In this document: positions 9,580 to 18,865 of the stretch, one piece after another
Position numbering within the stretch: position 1 is the first letter of the stretch
Layout: each line of letters begins with the position of its first letter
NCBI GenBank assembly: GCA_036846645.1
Contig: DAIUBN010000001.1
Location: 1 to 52,101 of the forward strand
Direction of reading: 5' to 3'
DNA length: 52,101 bases
Source: Bacteroidaceae bacterium
GTDB lineage: Bacteria > Bacteroidota > Bacteroidia > Bacteroidales > Bacteroidaceae
Program-made: the position numbers and the translations under genes
The notes under the pieces: generated by a model
Databases searched by the model: none
What the model was told of the DNA's origin: nothing
The model's input: only the letters and a program-made list of their open reading frames with translations

Positions 9580-10353
9580 TTAAAGAACATCTATTTCCTC
9601 ACCGTCGTATGCAAATTGAATATTTTGGGGTAAGTAGGCATTAGTCTGTTGATGAAGTCCAGCCTGATGACTCATGTGAACAAAGAATGTCTGACGAGCT
9701 GCAATACGTTGTGCATTGGTCACAGCTTCTTCAATTGTTTGATGAGAGTGATGAGGCTTGTGTCGAAGCGCATTAATAATGAGCGTATCAATGCCTGAAA
9801 GCAAATCGTAAGAGCATTGTGGCATAGTGCTCATATCAGTTATATAGCCCAACCTACCTATACGAAATCCTAGGATTGGCATTTTACCATGCATCACTTC
9901 GAAAGGCGTAACTTTTATATCTTTGATATAAAAAGGTATTAAAGGAGTTGTTTTATGAAGTGTAATCTGCGGTACACCAGGATAAAGTTTACCGTCCTTA
10001 AAGCAATAGGGCATGCGACGCTTCAAGGCATCACAGGTCTGCTTATCTGCAAATATTGGAATCGAATTGAATGCACAAAAAGGGCGCAAATCATCGAGTC
10101 CACCTACATGATCATAGTGCTCATGAGTAATAAGAACAGCATCTATCGGTTTAAAGGGTAATTGCAGCATCTGCTGACGAAAGTCGGGTCCACAATCTAT
10201 AAGTATTCTGACACCATCTATATTGACTATAGACGAACAACGTAAACGATGATCATGCGGATCGGAAGAAGTACATACTTCACATTGGCAACCAATTTGA
10301 GGCACTCCGGTAGAAGTGCCACTACCTAATATCATGACTTTCGTACCGCTCAT
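9580..10353 (-). CDS. MBL-fold metallo-hydrolase (PhnP-like)
   Basis: 257-aa ORF with the metallo-beta-lactamase motif ITHEHYDHVGG and a Cys-rich N-terminus (GCQCEVC). Confidence 0.75.
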   Translation of the reverse strand: MSGTKVMILGSGTSTGVPQIGCQCEVCTSSDPHDHRLRCSSIVNIDGVRILIDCGPDFRQQMLQLPFKPIDAVLITHEHYDHVGGLDDLRPFCAFNSIPIFADKQTCDALKRRMPYCFKDGKLYPGVPQITLHKTTPLIPFYIKDIKVTPFEVMHGKMPILGFRIGRLGYITDMSTMPQCSYDLLSGIDTLIINALRHKPHHSHQTIEEAVTNAQRIAARQTFFVHMSHQAGLHQQTNAYLPQNIQFAYDGEEIDVL

Positions 10354-10363
10354 TGTAAACTAT

Positions 10364-11374
10364 CTAAATAAAATTGACTTCGGGATGTATTTGAATACCG
10401 AATTTCTTTTCTACGTCGCTACATATCTGATTACTCAGTTTGACTATATCACTCCCCTTAGCTCCACCCAGATTGACTAAGACAAGGGCTTGTTTAGGAT
10501 AGACACCGGCAGGACCAAGTGACTTACCTTTCCAACCAGACTGTTCTATCAACCAGCCGGCAGGAACTTTTATCTGATTTGATGACAATTCATAAAAAGG
10601 CACCGTTGGATATTGTTTCTGCAAAGCATCAAACACTTCGTGGCTAACAATAGGGTTGATGAAAAAAGAACCGGCATTGCCAATATCTTTAGGATCTGGC
10701 AATTTGGCACGACGAATTGCAATAACAGCTTGCCGAACATTCTTCAAAGTGAGTTCGCCAATAGTATCGATTTCTTTTTGAAGAGAACCGTATGTAATAT
10801 CGAAAGTCGGAGAAGTAGTAAGTACAAAATTGACATGAGTAACAAAATAATGCTTCATAGATGGCTGCTTAAAGATACTCTGTCGATAGCCGTATGCACA
10901 ATCTTCACGATTAAAAATCTTGAGAGAGCCATCATCTGCATCTATTGTCTCGACCGATTCAATGATTTGAGCAGCTTCACTACCATAAGCACCAATATTC
11001 TGAACGGCAGATGCACCTACTTCTCCAGGAATAAGAGAAAGATTCTCAGCGCCATAATATAAGTGATCTACACAATAAGCAACAAAATCATCCCATATCA
11101 CTCCAGCCCCAACTCTCAATCTGACGGATGTAGAACCAGTAACTTCTGTACATTCTACACCACGAATACCGGAATGAAGCACCAGACCTTCGAAATCGTG
11201 AGTAAACAATAGATTGCTTCCTCTACCTACATGTAGATAAGGTTGCTGTAGTTTGCTAGAGCGAATTAAAGAAACAAGTTCGTCAGTATTCTGATATTCG
11301 ATAAAACATTTCGCCTTGGCATCAATACCAAAGGTGTTGTATTCTTTCAAAGAGAAGTCAGAACGTTCTATCAT
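10364..11374 (-). CDS. murB: UDP-N-acetylenolpyruvoylglucosamine reductase
   Basis: 336-aa ORF with the MurB layout: an FAD-binding PCMH domain (NTFGI..., GRGSNLLF, GAGVIWDD) and a C-terminal MurB domain (NAGSFFINP, AGWLIEQSGWKG). Confidence 0.9.
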   Translation of the reverse strand: MIERSDFSLKEYNTFGIDAKAKCFIEYQNTDELVSLIRSSKLQQPYLHVGRGSNLLFTHDFEGLVLHSGIRGVECTEVTGSTSVRLRVGAGVIWDDFVAYCVDHLYYGAENLSLIPGEVGASAVQNIGAYGSEAAQIIESVETIDADDGSLKIFNREDCAYGYRQSIFKQPSMKHYFVTHVNFVLTTSPTFDITYGSLQKEIDTIGELTLKNVRQAVIAIRRAKLPDPKDIGNAGSFFINPIVSHEVFDALQKQYPTVPFYELSSNQIKVPAGWLIEQSGWKGKSLGPAGVYPKQALVLVNLGGAKGSDIVKLSNQICSDVEKKFGIQIHPEVNFI

Positions 11375-11378
11375 AAGG

Positions 11379-12215
11379 CTATATACTTATATCTTCGAAC
11401 TTAAATAACTTCCATTTTCCGTCATTCTTACGGAAGTAAAGAACATTAGAGAAGCCATTGCTCACTCCTTTGAAAGCAACAATCTTCTGGTCGGATGCAT
11501 CAGAATTGGGCTGACCATAATTAATGTTAGACATTTGCACAACAGGCAACTTAGGCTTGAAAGCAAACCACTGGCTCACATCAATAGTAGCATCGAGCAT
11601 CGAAAAATCGTCTTCGGGATTGGCCGTAACAAATTTAAGAGGCTGACATACTCGCTGAGCCTGGAACAGACTGTCGGTAGAAAATCGATTGTAAAAATCG
11701 AGGAAGGTCTCATCTTCAACATTATTCATCTTGCAAATGTTGATCGACTCCAACAGCCACATACCACGAACACGCTTGAAATTATAGTTCTTTACTGACT
11801 TCGTCTTAGGATAGATCCACTGCACCTGAGCACTATGTATTGAAGTATCATTCACCAAATCCATATCTTTTTCCTTATCGAAAATAAGTGTATAGATTTT
11901 TTGATGAATATACAAATAATCATGTTTCCAATGAGCAGCATCGATATACGACTTCTTTCCATTCTGTTCTAGCAGAAGAGGAAATACAATACGGGCTTTC
12001 TGAACTGCGGGAATTGAAGCGAAGTTGTAAATAAAATCATTGAACAACTCATCGGCATTAGTGCGATGTGCAGCCTTTGCAGCTTGCGCTAAAGAATCTT
12101 CATTCAATCGTTGAACTGAATCAGGAACAGAAGAAAGGTTATTGTTACCTTTCTTATTATTACAAGATACTAATACTATAAGCAGGATAAATAGCCCTGC
12201 AATCATTCTTTTCAT
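11379..12215 (-). CDS. hypothetical lipoprotein (possibly DUF4348-like)
   Basis: I place the start at the ATG at 12215 (MKRMIAGLFILLIVLVSC, a lipobox-like LVSC). I recognise no catalytic motif. The domain name is from memory only. Confidence 0.55.
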   Translation of the reverse strand: MKRMIAGLFILLIVLVSCNNKKGNNNLSSVPDSVQRLNEDSLAQAAKAAHRTNADELFNDFIYNFASIPAVQKARIVFPLLLEQNGKKSYIDAAHWKHDYLYIHQKIYTLIFDKEKDMDLVNDTSIHSAQVQWIYPKTKSVKNYNFKRVRGMWLLESINICKMNNVEDETFLDFYNRFSTDSLFQAQRVCQPLKFVTANPEDDFSMLDATIDVSQWFAFKPKLPVVQMSNINYGQPNSDASDQKIVAFKGVSNGFSNVLYFRKNDGKWKLFKFEDISI

Positions 12216-12342
12216 ACAATTAGCTGACTTAAAAAAACTCAATTTTTCTATTATGACTTTTCTTTTACTTAATAATGGCGCAAAGGTACTTACTATTTTT
12301 GAGATAAGTTAGTATTTTCTAAAAATTATTTGCATTATTATT

Positions 12343-13509
12343 TTATAGTAGATATCCTTTGGGCAACTTTCTGCAATTATACTGAGACGCCATAATCTCA
12401 CCGTATGCACCGGCAGAGCGAAGGGCAAGCAAATCTCCACGAGTCACGGCATTAAGTTTCACATTCTTATCAAAAACATCGGTCGACTCACAGATAGGAC
12501 CCACAACATCATACTTCTGTTTGGGTGCTTTGGACGACAAATTTTCGATATAATGATGGGCATGATAAAGGGCAGGACGAATAAGATCTGTAAAACCAGC
12601 ATCGAGAATTGCGAACTGCTTATTAGTACCTTGTTTGACATAAAGCACTTTAGAAATCAGCGAACCGCACTGTCCCACAATACTACGTCCCAACTCAAAA
12701 TGAAGTTGCTGACCGTCGCGAAGTTTGAGATGTCGATCGTATGTTGCGAAATAATCGGCAAAATCAGGAATAGGGTTCTTATCAGGCTGCTTATAATCAA
12801 TACCTAGTCCACCACCTACATTAATATTAGCCAGATGTATGCCACGAGCTTCGAACTTATCTTGCAATTCGTTGATACGATTACTTAACGCTTCGAAATC
12901 GTGCATTTCGAGTATCTGCGAACCAATATGAAAATGAAGTCCGGTGAACTTGATATTCTTCATCGTGAGTGCTAAGTCGATAATCTTGTCCATATCATTC
13001 ATGCTGATACCAAATTTGTTTTCGGCTAAGCCGGTAGTGATATTGGCATGAGTATGTGCCCCGACATTCGGATTGATACGGAAGGCTACTCGAGCAACAG
13101 TATGCAGCTTGCCTGCCAATTGATTGATGACTTCGAGCTCTGGAACAGACTCAACATTGAAACAAAGAATATTGTTCTTAAGTCCCAATTTGATTTCCCA
13201 ATCGGCTTTACCAACACCGGCAAATACAATCTTCTCGGTAGGGAAACCAGCTTTCAAAGCTGCCTGTATTTCTCCTCCACTTACACAGTCGGCACCTAAG
13301 CCATTTTGTGCAATGAGTTTGAGTATATCAGGATTTGCATTTGCTTTGACTGCATAATGAACTTTATAATTAGTATAACGTGCTGCTTCAGTTTTCACGC
13401 ACTGGATAGTCTGGGTCAACAGATCCAGATTATAATAATAGAAAGGTGTCTGTATAGCAGACAGCCTTTCTAATGGGAATTGATTGTTCATTGAATTATT
13501 TATTAGCAA
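12343..13509 (-). CDS. lysA: diaminopimelate decarboxylase
   Basis: 388-aa ORF with the PLP-lysine motif HYAVKAN, GGGLGIDY and a C-terminal ESTD/GAYG signature. The alternative start at 13491 would remove the overlap with lysC. Confidence 0.9.
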   Translation of the reverse strand: MLINNSMNNQFPLERLSAIQTPFYYYNLDLLTQTIQCVKTEAARYTNYKVHYAVKANANPDILKLIAQNGLGADCVSGGEIQAALKAGFPTEKIVFAGVGKADWEIKLGLKNNILCFNVESVPELEVINQLAGKLHTVARVAFRINPNVGAHTHANITTGLAENKFGISMNDMDKIIDLALTMKNIKFTGLHFHIGSQILEMHDFEALSNRINELQDKFEARGIHLANINVGGGLGIDYKQPDKNPIPDFADYFATYDRHLKLRDGQQLHFELGRSIVGQCGSLISKVLYVKQGTNKQFAILDAGFTDLIRPALYHAHHYIENLSSKAPKQKYDVVGPICESTDVFDKNVKLNAVTRGDLLALRSAGAYGEIMASQYNCRKLPKGYLL

Positions 13510-14815
13510 ACAATTTGTTGCTCAACGATTGCAAAGCTTTTTTCTTATCTTCTTGTTTGATGAGCATTGAAATATTATAGTTACTACCGCCATAAGAGAT
13601 CATACGGACCGGAATATTGCCCATTGCTTCTACTGCTTTCGCTTCGAAACCAACATTATCCCATTCCAAATTACCTACTATACAAATAATACACATTTCT
13701 TTATCGACAGTGACTGTACCGTATTTCTTCAAGTCGGCAAGTATCTCATTCAGATTATCAGTATTATCGATAGTCACAGAGACGCCAACTTCGGAAGTAC
13801 AAATCATATCGATAGATGTGCGGTAACTTTCGAAGATTTCGAACACCTTGCGAAGGAAGCCATAAGCCAGCAACATACGACTGGATTTGATCTTGATAGC
13901 CGTAATATTATCTTTTGCAGCAACAGCCTTTATTGTTCCCGAATCAGTGCTATTAGAAATCATTGTGCCAGGAGCAGAAGGATCCATTGTATTGAGCAAA
14001 CGAACAGGTATACCAGCATATTTAGCAGGTTGGATACAAGTCGGGTGAAGAATCTTAGCTCCAAAGTAAGCTAGTTCTGCAGCTTCTTCGAACAACAGAT
14101 GGCGTACAGGTTGAGTATGATCTACAAAACGAGGATCATTGTTATGCATACCATCAATATCTGTCCAAATCTGAATTTCGGAAGCACCGATAGCTGCTCC
14201 TATTAATGAAGCAGAATAGTCGCTACCGCCGCGTTGCAAATTATCAATCTCACTATAAGCATTACGACAAATATAACCTTGAGTGATAAATAATTCTGTA
14301 TCAGGATATCTATCTACTTGTGCTTGAAGTTTATCTTTAATATATGCAGCATCTGGTTCGCTGTTGCGATCGATGCGCATAAACTCGAGAGCAGGAAGCA
14401 AAACAGAAGCCACATGCTGTTCGTTGAGATAAAGCTGCATCAGATTGGTAGAAAGTAGTTCACCTTTAGACAATACCACCTTCTCTTCAAAGAGTGTGAA
14501 CATGTCTTTAGTGAGCATGCGCAGTTCGTCAAAATGAGTTTTAAGTATACCTTGAGCTTTCTGTTTATACTCATCAGTGGAGAACAGACCATTGACTGTC
14601 TGTTTATATTTGGCCTCCAACGTATTGATGACCTCATTAGCTCCTTCCGGATTCTTTTGAGACAAATAGTTAGAAATCTCTACCAACGTATTGGTTGTAC
14701 CCGACATTGCTGAGAGCACAACAATTTTACGTTCACCGCCGGTAATTAATTTGGCAACCTCCTTAATACGTTCTACCGATCCGACAGAAGTTCCTCCAAA
14801 CTTTAAAACTTTCAT
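13496..14815 (-). CDS. lysC: aspartate kinase
   Basis: 439-aa ORF with the N-terminal MKVLKFGGTSV motif, a kinase core (GGSDYSAS, TDIDGM) and C-terminal ACT-like repeats. Confidence 0.9.
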   Translation of the reverse strand: MKVLKFGGTSVGSVERIKEVAKLITGGERKIVVLSAMSGTTNTLVEISNYLSQKNPEGANEVINTLEAKYKQTVNGLFSTDEYKQKAQGILKTHFDELRMLTKDMFTLFEEKVVLSKGELLSTNLMQLYLNEQHVASVLLPALEFMRIDRNSEPDAAYIKDKLQAQVDRYPDTELFITQGYICRNAYSEIDNLQRGGSDYSASLIGAAIGASEIQIWTDIDGMHNNDPRFVDHTQPVRHLLFEEAAELAYFGAKILHPTCIQPAKYAGIPVRLLNTMDPSAPGTMISNSTDSGTIKAVAAKDNITAIKIKSSRMLLAYGFLRKVFEIFESYRTSIDMICTSEVGVSVTIDNTDNLNEILADLKKYGTVTVDKEMCIICIVGNLEWDNVGFEAKAVEAMGNIPVRMISYGGSNYNISMLIKQEDKKKALQSLSNKLFANK

Positions 14816-14847
14816 TTTGTACAGTGTTTAATTGTTTTGTTAATCTT

Positions 14848-15546
14848 TTAATTATTCTCTTCGACGTAATCGTTAGTCACGTCTATTAACTCTTTATCAT
14901 CAAGTTTCAATACTTTTCCGTTGAACTTGCGAACAATATGCAGATTATGAGTACTCATAATAACCAAAGTACCTTTCTCACTGAATTCTTGCAGCAAATT
15001 GACAATAGCTACACCTGTTTCTGCATCAAGATTGCCAGTAGGTTCATCAGCCAATATGATATCAGGCTCATTGAGAACAGCACGGGCGATAACAATACGT
15101 TGTTGTTCACCACCAGACAGTTCACTAGGCATCTTATTTGCTTTTTCTTGCATACCTACCTTGGTTAGCACTTCTTCTATACGCTCTTGAATCTTTGCTT
15201 TATCTTTCCAACCAGTAGCCTTCAATACAAAAGCAAGATTATTGTAAACAGTACGATCTGTAAGTAGTTGGAAATCTTGGAAAACAATGCCCAAACGACG
15301 ACGGAGTTGCGGAATGTTTTTCCGTTTTATGGTCATCACATCATTACCAAGAACTTCAGCAACTTCACCCGAAGCTATCTCAAGTTCGCAATACATCGTT
15401 TTCATCAAGCTGGTCTTACCAGTACCTACTTTACCTATGAGAAAAATAAATTCTCCACGATGCAGTTCAAGATTCACATTCTCTAGAATAGGATTGTTTT
15501 CCTGTTCTATCCGAACATTCTGATATTTTACTAATGTTTCTTCCAT
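14848..15546 (-). CDS. ftsE: cell-division ABC ATPase FtsE
   Basis: 232-aa ORF with Walker A GKVGTGKTS, signature LSGGEQQR and Walker B ILADEPTGNLD. No ftsX lies adjacent. The start overlaps the hisIE stop by 16 nt. Confidence 0.8.
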   Translation of the reverse strand: MEETLVKYQNVRIEQENNPILENVNLELHRGEFIFLIGKVGTGKTSLMKTMYCELEIASGEVAEVLGNDVMTIKRKNIPQLRRRLGIVFQDFQLLTDRTVYNNLAFVLKATGWKDKAKIQERIEEVLTKVGMQEKANKMPSELSGGEQQRIVIARAVLNEPDIILADEPTGNLDAETGVAIVNLLQEFSEKGTLVIMSTHNLHIVRKFNGKVLKLDDKELIDVTNDYVEENN

Positions 15547-16142
15547 GATTTACTATGTCTTACAACAAGTTCGCGTGCCAAATCCTCGATACGATAACCT
15601 TTCGATGTGAGCAGTACAATGAGGTGATAAATTAAATCGGCTCCCTCATAAATCATACGCTCAGGAGTACCATTCGTAGCTTCGATAACTGTTTCTACAG
15701 CCTCTTCTCCCACTTTCTGAGCCATACGGTTGACACCACTTTCAAACAGACTGGTCGTATAAGAATCTTTAGGCATCTCGGCATAACGTTGATCAATAAA
15801 ATCCTGAAGTTCTTTCAAGAACATCACGGGCTCTTCGTTTTTTTCGCCCCAACAAGTATCCGTACCAGTGTGACAAGTAGGACCTTCGGGATGAACTTCA
15901 ACGAGCAATGTATCATCGTCGCAATCGCTTTTGATAGATACCAGATGTAGCACATGACCACTCTCCTCACCTTTTGTCCACAACTTCTGACGAGTGCGGC
16001 TGAAAAAAGTAACCAGCCCTGTCTCTAGGGTTTTATCATAAGCTTCACGGTTCATAAAACCGAGCATCAACACCTTGCGGGTATCTGCATCTTGTACAAT
16101 TGCCGGAACGAGTCCGTTCATTTTATCAAAATCGATATTCAT
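15531..16142 (-). CDS. hisI: bifunctional phosphoribosyl-AMP cyclohydrolase / phosphoribosyl-ATP diphosphatase
   Basis: 203-aa ORF. The HisI part has LVPAIVQD, SRTRQKLWTKGEESG and CDDDTLL. The HisE part has LQDFIDQR, YTTSLF, AQKVGEEAVE and EGADLIYHL. Confidence 0.9.
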   Translation of the reverse strand: MNIDFDKMNGLVPAIVQDADTRKVLMLGFMNREAYDKTLETGLVTFFSRTRQKLWTKGEESGHVLHLVSIKSDCDDDTLLVEVHPEGPTCHTGTDTCWGEKNEEPVMFLKELQDFIDQRYAEMPKDSYTTSLFESGVNRMAQKVGEEAVETVIEATNGTPERMIYEGADLIYHLIVLLTSKGYRIEDLARELVVRHSKSWKKH

Positions 16143-16155
16143 TTTTTAGTAACTT

Positions 16156-16911
16156 TCAGTTTCTTACTATTATTTTTCTGCTGCAAAGATAAGATTTTAA
16201 TTCGGGAATTAGTATCTCTCCGAAGTGAAAAACACTTGCAGCCAAAGCAGCATCTGCTTTACCTTTAATAAAAGTATCTGCAAAATGCTCCTTTTTACCA
16301 GCTCCGCCAGAAGCTATCACAGGTATAGAAAGTTCATCGGACAAACGTGCCAGAGCATCATTGGCATAGCCATTTTTTACTCCGTCATGATTCATGCTTG
16401 TGAAAAGTATTTCGCCAGCACCACGTTCTTGAGCTTCCTTGGCCCATACAAAAAGATTTTTTTCGGTACGCTCACGTCCGCCTTTCAGATAACAATTCCA
16501 TCCCCTCTCATCTTCTCTGGCATCAATTGCCACCACACAGACTTGAGAGCCGAAGTGGTTGGCAATATCTTCTATCAAATCGGGATGACATAAAGCAGAT
16601 GAATTGATTGATATTTTATCCGCACCAGCCACAAGAAGCCGTTCTACATCAGCCAGTTCATTGATACCTCCACCAACAGTAAAAGGAATGTTGATATTGG
16701 CAGCTATACGACTTACCAGTTCGGTAAATGTCTTACGTTCTTCATAACTTGCTGTAATATCAAGAAATACCAATTCGTCGGCTCCTTGCCGACTATATTC
16801 ACGGCCCAATTCAACAGGATCGCCAGCTTCGCGAAGATTCACGAAGTTGATGCCTTTTACCGTCCTACCATCCTTTATATCCAGACAGGGTATGATTCGT
16901 TTTGCTAACAC
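16156..16911 (-). CDS. hisF: imidazole glycerol phosphate synthase cyclase subunit
   Basis: 251-aa ORF with [47 protein letters not shown] and ASVFHF. Confidence 0.95.
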   Translation of the reverse strand: MLAKRIIPCLDIKDGRTVKGINFVNLREAGDPVELGREYSRQGADELVFLDITASYEERKTFTELVSRIAANINIPFTVGGGINELADVERLLVAGADKISINSSALCHPDLIEDIANHFGSQVCVVAIDAREDERGWNCYLKGGRERTEKNLFVWAKEAQERGAGEILFTSMNHDGVKNGYANDALARLSDELSIPVIASGGAGKKEHFADTFIKGKADAALAASVFHFGEILIPELKSYLCSRKIIVRN

Positions 16912-16937
16912 TTTATTATTCTTATATAATATGATAA

Positions 16938-17654
16938 TTAAAGCTTCTCTATATCTTTCAGCGTAATTTTACCTTCATAAAAAGCCTTACCAATAATCAC
17001 GGCAGGTACCTTGGCTTCATTAAGAAGTTTTATATCATCAATACAACTCACTCCACCACTAGCGATGAGATGCAATGTAGGATGATCGGCCAATATACCT
17101 TTATATAATTCGATATTCGGTCCTTGCAACATACCGTCGCGAGAGACATCGGTACAAATTACCATTTCTACACCTTTCTTAATATAGGAATCAAGGAAAG
17201 GCTTCAATTCGCAATCACTTTGTTCTGTCCACCCTTTGACAGCAATCTTTGTATCTTTAACGTCGGCTCCAAGAATAATCTTCTCACGTCCATAACGTTT
17301 AAACCATTTTTCGAACAGTTCGGGTTTTGTCACTGCGACACTACCTACAGTCACTTGTTGAGCACCACTCTCGAAAGCCAATACAAGATCTTCGTCACTC
17401 TTTATTCCACCACCAAAATCGATGGTAAGAGAAGTACGTGAAGCAATCATATCGAGCATTCTATAATTTTCTACATGATGAGAAACAGCACCATTCAAAT
17501 CTACAACATGAAGGCGTTGGATGCCATAATCCTCAAACATCTTAGCAACATCTACAGGATTATCACTATAAACCTTTTTCTTATCATATTCACCTTTTTC
17601 AAGACGTACACATTTTCCATCGAGCAAATCGATGGCAGCTATAAGTTCTATCAT
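16938..17654 (-). CDS. hisA: ProFAR isomerase
   Basis: 238-aa ORF with [28 protein letters not shown] and ASGGVS. It has a 4-nt overlap with hisH. Confidence 0.9.
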   Translation of the reverse strand: MIELIAAIDLLDGKCVRLEKGEYDKKKVYSDNPVDVAKMFEDYGIQRLHVVDLNGAVSHHVENYRMLDMIASRTSLTIDFGGGIKSDEDLVLAFESGAQQVTVGSVAVTKPELFEKWFKRYGREKIILGADVKDTKIAVKGWTEQSDCELKPFLDSYIKKGVEMVICTDVSRDGMLQGPNIELYKGILADHPTLHLIASGGVSCIDDIKLLNEAKVPAVIIGKAFYEGKITLKDIEKL

Positions 17655-18241
17655 AAATCCAAAAAGTTTTTTAAAATTGTTTCTCCTACAGCTCCACTCT
17701 TTTCGGGATGAAACTGTGTAGCAAAGAAGTTATCTTTTTCTAGTGCAGCACTAAATGGCACTATATATTGAGTAGAAGCAGCCGTAAAATCGCAAACTGG
17801 TACATAATAGCTATGTACGAAATAAACGAATTCACCCTGTTTGACACCCTTGAAAAGTCGTCCGTTGATATTTTCCAATTGATTCCATCCCATGTGAGGA
17901 ACTTTATCTGTATGCAATTTGGGAACAAAGAGTTTCACCTCTTCATCAAACATTCCGAGACAGTCAACATCTCCTTCTTCAGAATGTCGACACATGAGTT
18001 GCATACCAAGACAAATGCCTAAAAAAGGTTGGCGCAATGATACCAACAATTGATCCATACCCGTTTGACGAAGAAAAGACATGGTAGAATGCGCTTCACC
18101 AACACCGGGGAATATTACTTTATCTGCATTTCTAATCTCTGTTGCATTATCCGTTATCTGTGCTTCAACGCCCAAACGCTTCAAAGCAAAGTCAACAGAA
18201 CGAATATTTCCGGCATTATATTTTACTATTACAACTTTCAT
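17651..18241 (-). CDS. hisH: imidazole glycerol phosphate synthase glutamine amidotransferase subunit
   Basis: I set the start at the ATG at 18241 (MKVVIVKYNAGN). The motifs PGVG, GICLGMQL (catalytic Cys) and FHPEKS are present. The 31-codon N-terminal extension in the ORF track has no HisH counterpart. Confidence 0.9.
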   Translation of the reverse strand: MKVVIVKYNAGNIRSVDFALKRLGVEAQITDNATEIRNADKVIFPGVGEAHSTMSFLRQTGMDQLLVSLRQPFLGICLGMQLMCRHSEEGDVDCLGMFDEEVKLFVPKLHTDKVPHMGWNQLENINGRLFKGVKQGEFVYFVHSYYVPVCDFTAASTQYIVPFSAALEKDNFFATQFHPEKSGAVGETILKNFLDL

Positions 18242-18300
18242 TTTATATTCAATAACGTTCAAGTTAGTTACGTTTATCCATAACTTTCTCAAATTGTTTG

Positions 18301-18308
18301 CAAAAATA
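18301..18308 (-). promoter_or_regulatory. -7 box TATTTTTG (hisH-led array)
   Basis: Exact TAnnTTTG on the minus strand, 60 nt upstream of the ATG at 18241. It lies inside the ORF-track N-terminal extension, which supports the shorter hisH. Confidence 0.45.
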
Positions 18309-18582
18309 ACAATTTTATAAGTAATAACACTCAATTATGGAAAATGTTTTCACTCCTATATTAATTATCTTCAATATCATTTAAATTGAAATATTTACAT
18401 TTTGATAGAATAATAATAAATAATGCCATGATGATTTATAATTCTGCATCATTCAGCATTGAAAGATATCAATTTGAAACTTATCTCACCGAATAAAGGA
18501 GGAATTGAAACTCACTGCAATTTTGCATCAAATTCATTCTAAAATCTTATGAAAAATATTTGCCATATATAAATATAAGGCA

Positions 18583-18590
18583 TAATTTTG
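18583..18590 (+). promoter_or_regulatory. orphan -7 box TAATTTTG (candidate sRNA promoter)
   Basis: Exact TAnnTTTG, 276 nt upstream of the wecB ATG and with a terminator hairpin in between. Confidence 0.35.
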
Positions 18591-18596
18591 TGTCGT

Positions 18597-18805
18597 AAAT
18601 CCTATGGGAAAAAATAATCATAATAATGTTGTGTAAGATTTTTCCTTTCTTGCGAAAGACGGGTAATCTTAATTATTAAGATTAAGATTTTGGGTTAAAC
18701 ATTTTGTTTTAGTTTTTTCGTGAATTATTCAAATTTCAAGGTTTAGTCAATGAGCTTATTAATGATAAATAAATCCTTAGTCGCAAGATTAAGGATTTTA
18801 TTTTG
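18597..18805 (+). ncRNA. candidate ~200-nt small RNA or orphan leader (hypothetical)
   Basis: It is bounded by a TAATTTTG -7 box (18583-18590) and a 12-bp GCAA-tetraloop hairpin with a U-tract (18771-18805). It contains a 21-nt palindrome (18664-18684) and no ORF longer than 26 codons. wecB has its own TATCTTTG box downstream. Confidence 0.3.
18771..18805 (+). terminator. intrinsic terminator-like hairpin
   Basis: aaatccttagtc GCAA gattaaggattt forms a 12-bp stem (one G-U pair) with a GNRA loop, followed by TATTTTG. Confidence 0.5.
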
Positions 18806-18836
18806 TAAGCATATCAAATATCAAGAATAAGTTTTG

Positions 18837-18844
18837 TATCTTTG
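18837..18844 (+). promoter_or_regulatory. -7 box TATCTTTG (wecB-rarA)
   Basis: Exact TAnnTTTG, 22 nt upstream of the ATG at 18866. Confidence 0.5.
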
Positions 18845-18865
18845 CTCGAAATATTAGTATAAAAG

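Noticed and set aside
18604-18830. Tiny ORFs in the hisH/wecB spacer: MGKNNHNNVV (18604-18636) and a 26-codon ORF (18750-18830).
   Set aside because: They are too short to support from sequence alone. The second runs straight through the terminator hairpin. I mention them only as alternatives to the sRNA interpretation.
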